From Octopus sinensis (taxonomy: Eukaryota), in contig NC_043000.1 in assembly GCF_006345805.1 (NCBI RefSeq), forward strand, positions 83,948,001-84,012,000: a DNA stretch of 64,000 bases, written 5' to 3'. Below are positions 13,560 through 25,749 of the stretch, piece after piece. The notes beneath the pieces are model-generated. The model was given only the letters and a program-made list of their open reading frames with translations, did not search any database and was not told where the DNA came from. Positions within the stretch are counted from its first letter, which is position 1; every line of letters starts with the position of its first letter. A program made the position numbers and the translations under genes.

Positions 13560-14501
13560 AGGGGAAAGAGAAAGAGAGAAAGAGAGAGTGAGTTGGTGAC
13601 GAAGTTTACCTAAACTTTGAATGTTGTAACACTATATCATAATTATATATATCATTATATATCATCATCATCATCATCATCATTATCATCATTGTTTAAC
13701 ATCTGCTTTCCATGCTGGCATGGATCGGGCGGTTTGACTGAGGACTGGCTAGCCAGGAGGCTGCAATCAGACTCTAGTCTCTTCTGGCAAGGTTTTTACA
13801 ACTGCATGCCCTTCCTAGCACCAACCACTCCGGGAGTGTAATGGGTGCTTTTCAAGTGCCACTGGCACGGGGGCCAGTCAGATGGCACTGACATCGATGA
13901 CGCTCCAATGGTGATTTTTACGTTCCGCCGGCACTGGCATCGGTAGGAAAAAACATTTTGTTTAAATATCATACTTTTACTTCGTTTCACACACAAATGC
14001 AAAACTCTAACGTGTTTTTTTTTTAGATGACTTTATCGTTCATTATCTCTCCACACATTTCGTTACCACTAACTCCTATAACCTCTGCATTTTTACTTAT
14101 TCATTTCAAACTTCGTTGAATATTCAATCTAATGTAAGCCTCACTCTCGAAAAAAATGTACTTCTGCAAAATGTTATCTAAAATGGGGACAGAAAGAAAT
14201 AGCAAAAATATTTGAAAATAGGGATAAGGGTTAAATTTCCGAGGGTTCCACCCCACCCCGTTTTCCGGATCCAAAAAGGAGTTAGGTATCATATTAGGAG
14301 GTGAGGAATTCCTTCAACGAAAAAAAAAAGAAAATGTCTAATGATTCCGGGATATTGGGGAGGGGGGCGGTTTCCCCCCTTTTTCCGAACAAAAATAAGG
14401 GGTTTGTAGCATATTACGAGGTTAGGGTACTTGATTCCACGCAAAAAATTCGAGTTCTTTCTCTTACTGAAAATCGTACGTGTGAAAGGATCAAATAACA
14501 C
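12881..14501. mobile_element. Non-autonomous long-TIR DNA transposon (Mutator/foldback-like), about 500-bp TIRs, 9-bp TSD
   Basis: 12881-13392 is an imperfect inverted repeat of 13944-14501 (e.g. tttgatcctttca/tgaaaggatcaaa and gcgtggaatcaagtaccct/agggtacttgattccacgc). The direct repeat CATAAATAG lies at 12872-12880 and 14502-14510. Confidence 0.75.
13683..13943 (-). mobile_element. Retroposon fragment with an (ATG)n tail (RTE-associated SINE-like), nested in the long-TIR element
   Basis: tcatcatcattgtttaacatctgctttccatgctggcatgg...gcatgcccttcctagcaccaaccact directly after a (CAT)n tract. Confidence 0.55.
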
Positions 14502-14551
14502 CATAAATAGCAGATAATATATAATATATATAATAAATTGTAAATAATAAT

Positions 14552-14587
<36 letters not shown>

Positions 14588-14591
14588 TATA

Positions 14592-14670
<79 letters not shown>

Positions 14671-14671
<1 letters not shown>

Positions 14672-17600
14672 GAAAGAAGGTTTGAAAATGCAATTTAAAA
14701 GATGTTTATTTACTTAACCGGTTTCACTCTTTGGAAAAAGATTGTCAAAAGTAACATATGGAAGTTTGGTTGCGTTAGTTATTGGCTGTTGCAAATTGCC
14801 ACATTACATGTATATATACAGTCTTTGGTAACAGGGACATGTTAAGGACATAAAAAAGTACAACAGTATGATGAGAATATTTGAAAAAATGGGCAGAAAA
14901 GATTAAAACAAATATATTATACATCTCAGGGTAATTTCCAGGAGGAATATCAAAAAAAGTTCAGTACAGAATATTATGAATTCAAAAAAATTTACATAAT
15001 TGCCACATTACATGTATATATACAGTCTTTGGTAACAGGGACATGTTAAGGACATAAAAAAGTACAACAGTATGATGAGAATATTTGAAAAAATGGGCAG
15101 AAAAGAATAAAACAAATATATTATACATCTCAGGGTAATTTCCAGGAGGAAATATCAAAAAAAGTTCAGTACAGAATATTATGAATTCAAGGCGAGGTTG
15201 TTTACTGACCTGTCCGTTTTAGCAGAAATGTGGAATTGAAAAAGATGTACCCGTTTTTTTTCTTTTTTTGGCTCTCCTTCAAGCATCAATGATTTTGGGG
15301 TTAGGATGAGGTGAATATGTGTGTCTCTGCGTGTATGTGTGCGTGCATACACATACATGTGGTGTGAATAGATGTGTCTGTGTGTCTGTAGTATTTGGTC
15401 AGATGGCGTCTGTTTGTCAAGTGTGTGTGGTTGTCATGGTGTTGTGTGTGCGTGTGTGTGCGTGTGTGTGTGTGCGTGTGCGTGCGTGTGTACGCATGCA
15501 TGAGTGTGGATGGCATTTGACATGGTGCTGCGTGTGTATATATGTGCCTGTATGGAGGTGAGATTGGTGTGAGTGTGCGTGTCCATGTGTGCATGCACAC
15601 ACACGTATACAAGCGTCTGCGTGTGTGTGTGTGTGTGGGGGGGCTGTTTTTGATTGGTTCCAGGGTGGCGAAAATAGATGTGTGTTGTTTAAAGAATTTT
15701 TTGGGGTAGGATGGTGTGTGTAAAAATGCGTGCCCGCCCGTGCGCGTGCGCGTGTGCGTGCGCGTGCGCGTGCGCGTGTGCGTGCGCGTGCGCGTCTACG
15801 CGTGTGTGCGGGCCATACACACACACTACATATACATATATATGCACACACACACATCATACACACACACCACACACACACACATATCTCACCCCCACAC
15901 ACAACACACACACACATAATATACACACACACAACACACAAATATAACATATATTTATATATATATACACACATATAACACACACACACAACACACGCAC
16001 ACATACATAATATAAATACAACACAAATACACCTAACACATATATACATACAATACACATACACAGCATATATATAATACACATACACAATATATACATA
16101 TAACATACATACACAATACATACATATAATATATATATATAGACAATGCATATACATATATACATATATACATATATATAGTGTTTACATACACATACAT
16201 AAATATACCACATATACACACAGTATACATACAAAGAATGTATACATATACACATACGCATACATATAACATATATATACATAACATACACATACACAAT
16301 GCATACATATATATACATGTAATGTATATACATGTATTCATGCATATATAACACACATACAATATACATGTATGTGTATATATGCATTGTATATATGTAT
16401 ATTGTATGTGTGTTATATATGCATGAATACATGTATATACATTACATGTATATATATGTATGCATTGTGTATGTGTATGTTATGTATATATATGTTATAT
16501 GTATGCGTATGTGTATATGTATACATTGTATGTATGTATATTGTGTGTATATGTGGTATATTTATGTATGTGTATGTAAACACTATATATATGTATATAT
16601 GTATAAATGTATATGCATTGTCTATATATATATATTATATGTATGTATTGTGTATGTATGTTATATGTATATATTGTGTATGTGTATTATATATATGCTG
16701 TGTATGTGTATTGTATGTATATATGTGTTAGGTGAATTTGTGTTGTATTTATATTATGTATGTATGTGTGCGTGTGTTGTGTGTGTGTATTATATGTGTG
16801 TGCGTTGTGTGTGTGTGTGTTCTGTATGTATGTGTGTTGTGTGTGTGTGTGTTGTGTGTGTGTATATAATGTGTGTGTGTGTGGGTGGGTGAGATATGTG
16901 TGTGTGTGTGTGGCGTGAGTGTGTATGATGTGTGTGTGTATATATGTATATGTAGTGTGTGTGTATGGCCCGCACACACGCGTAGACGCGTACGCGCACG
17001 CACGCACGCGTGCACGGGCGGGCACGCATATATACACACACCAACCTACCCCAAAAAATTCTTTAAACAACACACATCTATTTTCGCCACCCTGGAACCA
17101 ATCAAAAACAGCCCACACACACACGCAGACGCTTGTATACGTGTGTGTGCACGCACACAGGGACACGCACACTCACACCAATCTCACCTCCATACAGGCA
17201 CATATATACACACGCAGCACCATGTCAAATGCCATCCACACTCATGCATGCGTACACACGCACGCACACGCACGCACACACACGCACACACAACACCATG
17301 ACAACCACACAAACTTGACAAACAGACGCCATCTGACCAAATACTACAGACACACAGACACATCTATTCACACCACATGTATGTGTATGCACGCACACAT
17401 ACACGCAGAGACACACATATTCACTCATCCTAACCCCAAAACCATTGATGCTTGAAGGAGAGCCAAAAAAAGAAAAAAAACGGGTACATCTTTTTCAATT
17501 CCACATTTCTGCTAAAACGGACAGGTCAGTAAACAACCTCGCCTTGAATTCATAATATTCTGTACTGAACTTTTTTTGATATTTCCTCCTGGAAATTACC

Positions 17601-17859
17601 CTGAGATGTATAATATATTTGTTTTAATCTTTTCTGCCCATTTTTTCAAATATTCTCATCATACTGTTGTACTTTTTTATGTCCTTAACATGTCCCTGTT
17701 ACCAAAGACTGTATATATACATGTAATGTGGCAATTTGCAACAACCAATAATTAACACAACCAAACTTCTATATGTTACTTTTGACAATCTTTTTCCAAA
17801 GAGTGAAACCGGTTAAGTAAATAAACATCTTTTAAATTGCATTTTCAAACCTTCTTTCG
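14671..17859. repeat. 3.2-kb near-perfect palindrome (foldback element), 25-nt spacer, TA-flanked
   Basis: The left arm 14671-16369 is the reverse complement of the right arm 16395-17859 (cgaaagaaggtttgaaaatg / cattttcaaaccttctttcg). The left arm carries an extra 204-bp-period tandem duplication (14795-14985, 14999-15190). Confidence 0.92.
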
Positions 17860-17895
17860 TATATAATTCCACTCGTGCGATACCCAACAACTGAA

Positions 17896-17901
17896 CTTTG
17901 T

Positions 17902-17971
<70 letters not shown>

Positions 17972-17983
17972 CATACATATATA

Positions 17984-18082
<99 letters not shown>

Positions 18083-18101
18083 GTATGTATATATATGTAA
18101 A

Positions 18102-18147
<46 letters not shown>
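17896..18147. repeat. (TA)n/(TACA)n microsatellite
   Basis: Directly visible. Confidence 0.95.
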
Positions 18148-18149
<2 letters not shown>

Positions 18150-18612
18150 GGGGAAACGAAAAAAGAAAAAGAGAAAATCCACATTGGATATAAAAATAAA
18201 GGCTTTTTTATGAAAAGTAACTATAAATATATACAATTAGATGAACTGAGGTAAAATTAAAAGGTATAAAAGTCATTATTTTGAATTGTTAAAGAGATTC
18301 AAAGTCATACCGGTATCATCAAAACTCTGTTCACTGGCTTTCATTTAACACTCATTTCCAAATGTTTTGTCGAGTCTACTAGTCCCTGAATGAAAAGATA
18401 TATATACACACACACAAACACAAACACACACGCAGACGCACAACACACACACACACACACATACACACACACACCACACACATATATATGTGTATATATA
18501 TATACGTATATATATATACGTATATATATATATTCATAAATATATATGTATATATATGTATATATATATATGTACATATATATGCATATATATGTATATG
18601 TATGTATGTATG

Positions 18613-18652
<40 letters not shown>

Positions 18653-18719
18653 CATCTATCTATCCTTCTAATATATATATATATATATATATATTCGTGT
18701 GTGTATATTTGTGTTTGCA

Positions 18720-18910
18720 TTTGTCGTCCCCCCCACCGCTTAACCACCAGTATTAGTTTAAGTTCACGTAACCTAGCAGCTAGACAAAAGAGATGGGTGA
18801 ACGAGTGCTAGACTTTAAAACATAAGTACTTGGATCAATTTGCTTGACTAAACCCTATAAGACAACACCCCAGCATGACCGCAGTCTAGTGATTGAAGCA
18901 AGTAAAAGTT
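18720..18910 (+). mobile_element. SINE family A, 3' half, decayed
   Basis: gtccccccaccgctt...cacgtaacctagcagct..gcatgaccgcagtc..gaagcaagtaaaag. Confidence 0.65.
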
Positions 18911-19139
18911 AGGAAAAAAGTGCAAATGGGAGGAAAGAAAGAGACAGAGAAAGAGAGAAAGAGATAAAAAATACGAGAGATGAAATTAAGTGTTTTGCTC
19001 AAGAACACAACTCATCATAGGGGCCAGGAATCGAAACCATAATCTTATGATCATGTGTATGTATCTCTCTTTCTTTCTCTCTCTCCCTCTCTCTCTCTAT
19101 ATATATACATATATATATACAGGGAGAGAAAGAGAGAGG

Positions 19140-19227
19140 AGACAGACAGACAGACAGATAGATAGATAGATAGATAGATAGGTAGATAGACAGACAGATA
19201 GATAGATAGATAGACAGACAAACAGAC

Positions 19228-19308
<81 letters not shown>

Positions 19309-19310
19309 TA
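19140..19310. repeat. (GATA)n/(GACA)n microsatellite
   Basis: Directly visible. Confidence 0.95.
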
Positions 19311-19446
19311 AGGTAAGTCAGGAGGTATGAGATGAACATATTTATTTCATCAGTTGATATCCAAAGGATGACGGCTGTTTATTATATGTGCTTGTGTTTA
19401 TATATCTCTCAATTTCTCCCCCCCTCTCTCTCTGTATATATATATA

Positions 19447-19500
<54 letters not shown>

Positions 19501-20347
19501 CCATATATGTGTGTGTGTATGTATATATATATGTATATGCACACAAGCATATAGTAAACACGCAAACAAGTACGCACACAGGTACACATACACGCACAAA
19601 ACCCTGATGATTTCGTACATATAAATATGAAAGCATGTTTTTGATCGAGCTTCTCTTATTTCCAGGTAGAACTCAATATCTGCTATTTACTCAATTATTT
19701 TCATTGCAATAATTTCCTTATGATCGTCTCTACATGTACATCATTAAGAAAATCACTCACTCCCCACCAAAATATATATGATTAATTAAAGTTTTTTTGT
19801 TGTTGCAGAAGGAAACCATAATGTAATTACCAAATTTATTAATTTTTGCTGTTATTGCAATTCTATGACGAAGTAATTAAAATTAAATTGAACAAATTTC
19901 TAATAAAAGATACTTAAAAATATCAATGGTTTCTAATTACTCATAAATTTATTTAAATTTACCAACAATGTCAGCGTGCTTTCTCCACATTTTTGTAATG
20001 ATAACATTAATCACAGCATAATTGTTATTACATGCTTTTATAATTCTTTTAAATACAATGTATTTAGCAAAAGGGAATTTATCGTCAGCCTAGGGCGCAC
20101 TTTTTCAAGATCTAGTAGTTTCATATCAAAAGAAAATAGTGTTTCCGTTATAATTCGAGGCAGAGTCCAGATGGCCAGCTCCTTATCTCACGTCGACCAC
20201 ACATTTTGGGCCAAATTTTTTATTTATGCATGTATTTCGTTTATATATTTACTTATTTATTTATCTATTTATTTTAATACTTTTATTTATTTATACTTTT
20301 ATTGCTTATTTATTTATTTACTTTTGCAGTCATTTACGAAGCTGTGA

Positions 20348-20391
<44 letters not shown>

Positions 20392-20410
20392 TAATAATAA
20401 TAATAATAAC

Positions 20411-20454
<44 letters not shown>

Positions 20455-20455
<1 letters not shown>

Positions 20456-21064
20456 CTACATACATTGGAAGCATTGGAAGCTATGCCAACATTATGGAAT
20501 AACACCTACATACATTGGAAGCTATGCCAACATTATGGAATAACAACAGAAAAAAGATGGTATAGGCACACACCAGAAAAGGTCACAGAAAACGAGAAAG
20601 CAACCATACTCTGGGATATGCCGATACACACAGATAGAGAAATTAAGGCCAACAGACCAGATATAGTTGTCAGAGATCATGAAGAAAAAAAATGCTTTCT
20701 AATTGATGTATCAATACCGGCAGATGACAACGTGTCTCTAAAAGAAATGAGAAACTCTCAAAATACAAAGACCTGGAAATAGAGATAACTAGAATGTGGA
20801 ACCTGAAAACAGAAACAATTCCTATCATAGTAGGTGCATTAGGCATGATAAAAAAATATTCAGACAAATACATAACAAAAACACCAGGACTTACAAACAC
20901 ATATAACATACAGAAAATTGCACTACTAGGCACTGCACACATCCTACGCAGAACACTTTCCATACAATAACCATCAGAGCATCACAACAAATCACAGCAC
21001 ATACTCAAGGCACACAGAGCTGCGCTCGGTAGTGAAGTGAAAGCACGCTATAAAAATAAAACTA

Positions 21065-21067
<3 letters not shown>
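20455..21067 (+). mobile_element. 5'-truncated R4/Dong-like RLE LINE between (AAT)n tracts
   Basis: YIHWKLCQHYGI..ILWDMPIHTDREIKANRPDIVVRD..LIDVSIPADDN, then a frameshift, then KYKDLEIEITRMW..IVGALG..LLGTAHILRRTLSIQ*. (AAT)n at 20348-20454 and 21068-21142. Confidence 0.9.
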
Positions 21068-21142
<75 letters not shown>

Positions 21143-21579
21143 CGATATAAACGTATCTGTCAAGACCTACCAAAACTGAGCAAATATTAAGATCTGGAAA
21201 TAGAAATCAGCAAAATGTGGAACCTGAAGACTAAAACAATACCTGTTGTCATAGGTGCCCTGGGAATGATAGCAAAAGGGGATGATTGCTACCTAACTCA
21301 GATACCAGGAAACTCCAAAATGGCAGAAATTCAAAAGATAGTGCTCATGGGAACTGCTCATATCCTACGCAAAATACTTTCTTTGTAATCTCAAGTTTTA
21401 AAACAAACATAATTTTCGTATGGTTTTTTAGGCGTTCACTAGTACAACACTAAGTACAAAACCAAATATATGGCACCCTAGGCATAACACCAGCATGAAC
21501 TTCCAACTTGTTGTCTCTTGAGGTCTCTGGGAGAGACTTGGAGCCAGCTTGTGCAAATGTAAAGCAAAAGTCAAACATA

Positions 21580-21580
<1 letters not shown>
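21143..21580 (+). mobile_element. Second R4/Dong-like subfamily, 3' fragment with an (AAT)n tail
   Basis: DINVSVKTYQKLSKY*DLEIEISKMWNLKTKTIPVVIGALGMI..IQKIVLMGTAHILRKILSL*, a distinct 3' UTR, and (AAT)n at 21581-21625. Confidence 0.85.
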
Positions 21581-21626
<46 letters not shown>

Positions 21627-21631
21627 TATAT

Positions 21632-21825
21632 GGAACTATTACTACCCATGTATTTTAATTTAACTTAAAAAAAATGAACGAACTAGTGAGTTTAGTTTAA
21701 TGGCCTACCAATGTATACTATGAGTTTCTTTGCCCTAGGAGCCGGGAAGACACTCGGCAAGAAATGGAAGCAAATTTGAAAGAAGAAGAAAAAAAAGATA
21801 ACAATAATAATAATAAAAATAATAA
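21632..21825 (+). mobile_element. 3'-UTR-only copy of the R4-like family found at 22541-23732
   Basis: catgtattttaatttaacttaaaaaaa..tgaacgaacta.tgagttt.gtttaatggcctaccaat...cgggaagacactcggcaagaaatggaag is the reverse complement of 22551-22715. Confidence 0.85.
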
Positions 21826-21827
21826 TC

Positions 21828-22510
21828 CTTTCCACTATAGGCACAAGGCCTGAATGTTTTTTACGATTACATCGATCCGCAGTACTCAACTGGTACTTAA
21901 TCTAGCGACGCTGAAAGGATGAAAGGTAAAGTCGACCTTGGTGGAACTTGAACTCAGAAGTAGCAACTGCTAAGCATTTCGACGTACTAACGATTCTGCC
22001 AGCTAGCCGCCTTAAATAACAATAATAATGATAATGGTTTCAAATTTTTCCAAAAGAGTAGCAATTTGGGGTGAGGGGGAATCGATTACATCGACACCAG
22101 TTTTCCTCGACGGAATTTAGACTCAGAATGTAGCGATGGGCGAAATACCTATTTCTTTACTACCCACAATGGGTTAAACACAGAGAGGACAAACAAGCAC
22201 AGACAAATGAATTAAGTCGATTACATCGACCCCAGTGCGTAACTGCTACTTAATTTATCGGGGTCGATAAATTAAGTACCAGTTACGCACTGGGGTCGAT
22301 GTAATCGACTTAATACCTATGTCTGTCCTTGTTTGTCCCTTCTATGTTTAGCCCCTTGTGGGTAATAAAGAAATAGGTACTTAATTTATCGACCCCGAAA
22401 GGATGAAAGGCAAAGTCGACCTCGGCGGAAGTTGAACTCAGAATGTAACGGCAAACGAAATACGGCTACGCATTTCGCCTGGCGTGCTAACGTTTCTGCC
22501 AGCTCGCCGC
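21828..22510 (-). mobile_element. Cluster of SINE family B units including an internal inversion
   Basis: Family B heads end near 22011 and 22510; 22146-22260 is the reverse complement of 22265-22379. Confidence 0.8.
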
Positions 22511-22540
22511 ATTGAATAATAGCAATAATAAAAATAATTG

Positions 22541-23732
22541 TTATTATTATTTTTTCTTCTTTCAAATTTTCTTCCATTTCTTGCCGAGTGTCTTCCCGAC
22601 TCCTAGGGAAAGAAACTCATAGTGTATATTGGTAGGCCATTAAACCAAACTCAGTAGTTCGTTCATTTAAAAAAAAAAATTTTTTTAAGTTAAATTAAAA
22701 TACATGAGCAGCAACAGTTCTCACATCGACAATGCTCTTCTCAATACGTGTGATGTACCAGTTAAGACAATCTTTTGCACTTCTTGCAAGGATGGTAAGC
22801 CAGGGATCATTCTCATATAATTTTCGGTTCCCTTCTTGATCATTCCTAGTGCACCTACGATCACTGGTATTGTAACCGCCTTGAGATGCCACATTTTCTC
22901 AATTTCAATGAGTAGGTCTTTATATTTTCTGAGCTTGTCAAACTCTTTCGCTGAGATATTATGATCACAGGGGATGCTCATGTCGATCAATAAGCAAACT
23001 TTATTGTTTTGGTCTTTCACAACAATATCTGGTTTATTGGCCTTGATGGTTCGGTCTGTATGTACTGGAAAGTCCCACAGAATGGTTACATTTTCTCCTT
23101 CAGTTACAGCCTCAGGGTGGTGATTATACCACTTGTCGGCAGTTTTGATATTGTAATGCCGACTTATTAGCCAGTGGAGATATTGGCCAACTCTGTCATG
23201 TCTTAATTTATACTCCACTGGTGCTAAGACTTTACATCCAGAGATTAGGTGGTCCACTGTTTCAATCATGTCGTTGCAGAATCGGCATTTTGGGTCTGCT
23301 CCATTTTTCATCACATTGGCCTGGTAGTTCCGGGTTACTAGGCTTTGGTCTTGAGTAGCCAGGATGAAACCTTCGCTCTCTGCTTTTAGCCCTGCGCTCC
23401 GCAGCCACTGATGGGTTTGGTTCTGGTCAACATCAGCTTGTTTGCTGCGGGTCACATATTTGCCGTGCAGAGGTTTCTCCTCCCACCTATCAGCCAATTG
23501 CTCGTGCGCTTTTTTCATTGCCATCATTTTCACCTTCTTTGCAACAATAGTTGCCGTACTTCCCTCGGGTTGTTCAGTTTGGGTATCCTACACGAGATCA
23601 ATAGCAAATTTTTTTGCTTTCCTTGATGATAGAATGAAGCTTCTTTCGTCTCTCGTGATTTTCCACGAGCTTTAGCATCCAGTCATTCGATATTTCGAGA
23701 TATTTGGCCAGTCCAATTGTGGTTGCTTTGTA
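22541..23732 (-). mobile_element. 5'-truncated R4/Dong-like RLE LINE with a CCHC knuckle and an open RLE domain
   Basis: ORF 22721-23533 contains CRFCNDMIETVDHLISGC, RHDRVG, KPDIVVKD..LIDMSIP..KEFDKLRKYKDL. There is a frameshift upstream, and (ATT)n on both sides. Confidence 0.92.
22721..23533 (-). pseudogene. 270-aa open C-terminal part of the LINE ORF (thumb/linker, CCHC, RLE); lacks the RT core
   Basis: ORF track plus the motifs above; the 5' end is truncated at 23732. Confidence 0.85.
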
Positions 23733-23786
<54 letters not shown>

Positions 23787-24327
23787 GAGTGAGAGAGCAG
23801 TGCATACCATCAAAGTGACACTGGGGTCACATATATGAAGCCCAATATAGCCATCATGACTACCCGTCTGATAAAGGTACATCAGGCACATGCATCACAA
23901 CCATACATGTGCTGCATGGTGATCGCATATTAAGATATACAGCGCATGACCTTGCAGGTGGGGCCCAGTTAGAATTTTCTTCAGGTTGAATAGCCTATTC
24001 CACTCAAAAGGTCTCTAAATAAGGGTTGTTTAAGGATATTGAACAAAACACCCATGTTTCCAGAGGTGAATTAGTCACACCCCAAAGAATTCCTTTTGAC
24101 AACTGGCTATGATGCTTCTCCGCTACTTCTGCTCGTGATCAGAGATGCACATATTTTTAGCTACCAAGGGACATGCTCAACTGGTTAAGGTCAAACAACA
24201 AGCAAATCTGTGGCATTAAGCAAAATATTTGCTGTAGCCCATCTTTTATACCAAGACAAAACATGTACATGATGACACCAATAATCAGTTAAGATCAGAA
24301 ACCACGAAAGCCAGTGTCTGGTGCTGC
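23787..24327 (-). mobile_element. About 540-bp non-coding retroposon-like repeat ending in (AAT)n
   Basis: High-complexity block whose minus-strand 3' end (..gcactgctctctcactc) runs into (AAT)n at 23733-23786. I recall it as an abundant octopus repeat but have not verified this. Confidence 0.5.
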
Positions 24328-24339
24328 TATTATTATTCG

Positions 24340-24460
24340 AGGTCGACTTACCCTTTATCCTTTCGGGGTCGATGAATTAAGTACCAGTGAAACACTGGGG
24401 TCTACATAATCGACTCATCCCCTCCCCTAAAATTGCTGCCCTTGTGGGAAAATTTGAAAC
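24340..24460 (+). mobile_element. SINE family B, 3' part
   Basis: gaggtcgactt..tcctttcggggtcgat..aagtaccag..aaaatttgaaacc. Confidence 0.75.
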
Positions 24461-24564
24461 CACCACCACCACCACCACCACCACCACCACCACCATCACC
24501 ACCACCACCACCACCACCACCACCACCACCACCCACCACCACCACCACCATCACCACCACCACC

Positions 24565-24611
<47 letters not shown>

Positions 24612-24710
24612 TATTATTATTATCATTATTATTATTGTTGTTGTTGTTGTAGTTGTAGTTGTTGTAGTTGTTATTGTTATTAATATTATAATTATTATTA
24701 TTATTATCAC
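24460..24710. repeat. (ACC)n/(ATC)n/(ATT)n/(GTT)n compound microsatellite
   Basis: Directly visible. Confidence 0.95.
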
Positions 24711-25079
24711 TCCCGCAAAATGCAATAGAACAATACCTTTGACAGTTAATAATTTATGCCAATCTTGTTCAGATGAAAATAATTTTTCTGCTTTTAATCG
24801 ATACCATTTAGTGCCAAACTTTCTGGACGACATCATTTCCGTAAATTCTCAATCTGCTCAATATCATATATATATACATACATACATACATACATACATA
24901 CATACATACATACATGCATACATACATACATATATACATATACATATACACATATACATATATACATACATAAACACACCCACACATATATCTGACTGTT
25001 TGTTTCTCTCTCTCTTATTCTCTCTCTCTGTCTCTCCACCTCTCTCTCTATATATATATATATGTATGTATATATATAT

Positions 25080-25324
25080 CTTACCAACCACTTGGTTCCA
25101 GACTCAGTCCCACTGCTCAGCACCTTGGCCAAGGTTCTTCTACTATAGCCTCGTGCCAACCAAAGTCTTGTAAGTGGATTTAGCAGACGGAAACTAGAAA
25201 GAAAGCCGTCGAATATATGCATATATCTATCTGTGTGTGTGTGTCTGTGTGTGTTTGTCCCCCATCACCGCTTGACATCCGGTGTTAGTGTGTTTACGTC
25301 ATGGTAACTTAGCGGTTCGGCAAA

Positions 25325-25325
<1 letters not shown>
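25080..25325 (+). mobile_element. SINE family A, partial
   Basis: cttaccaaccacttggttcc..ctactatagcctcg..cttagcggttcggcaaaag. Confidence 0.8.
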
Positions 25326-25390
<65 letters not shown>

Positions 25391-25393
25391 ATA

Positions 25394-25478
<85 letters not shown>

Positions 25479-25507
25479 GTATGTATTTATGTATATGTAT
25501 TTATATA

Positions 25508-25555
<48 letters not shown>

Positions 25556-25749
25556 ACACATGTATGCACGTACACGAGGACACATTGATGCATATTCATA
25601 CATGTGTATGTATATGTAAGCGTGTATGTAAGTATATGTGTGTATGTGTGTTTGTGGGAGTAGCATATACAAAAGAATGAAGTAACTATTTTATTATAGA
25701 CCTGATACCTGTATACTGGTGACTGTCACGTGACTATTTCTAATTTATC

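Noticed and set aside
14671-17859. Palindrome as a simple fold-back read chimera
   Set aside because: Not fully excluded, but distinct unique flanks, TA junctions, substitutions and an arm-specific duplication make a pure artefact less likely.
19598-19642. CTGATGA...GAAA hammerhead-like spacing next to a microsatellite
   Set aside because: Stem II has no closing pair, the U16.1 position is A, and the GAAA is sequestered by an alternative pairing. It is at best a very decayed copy.
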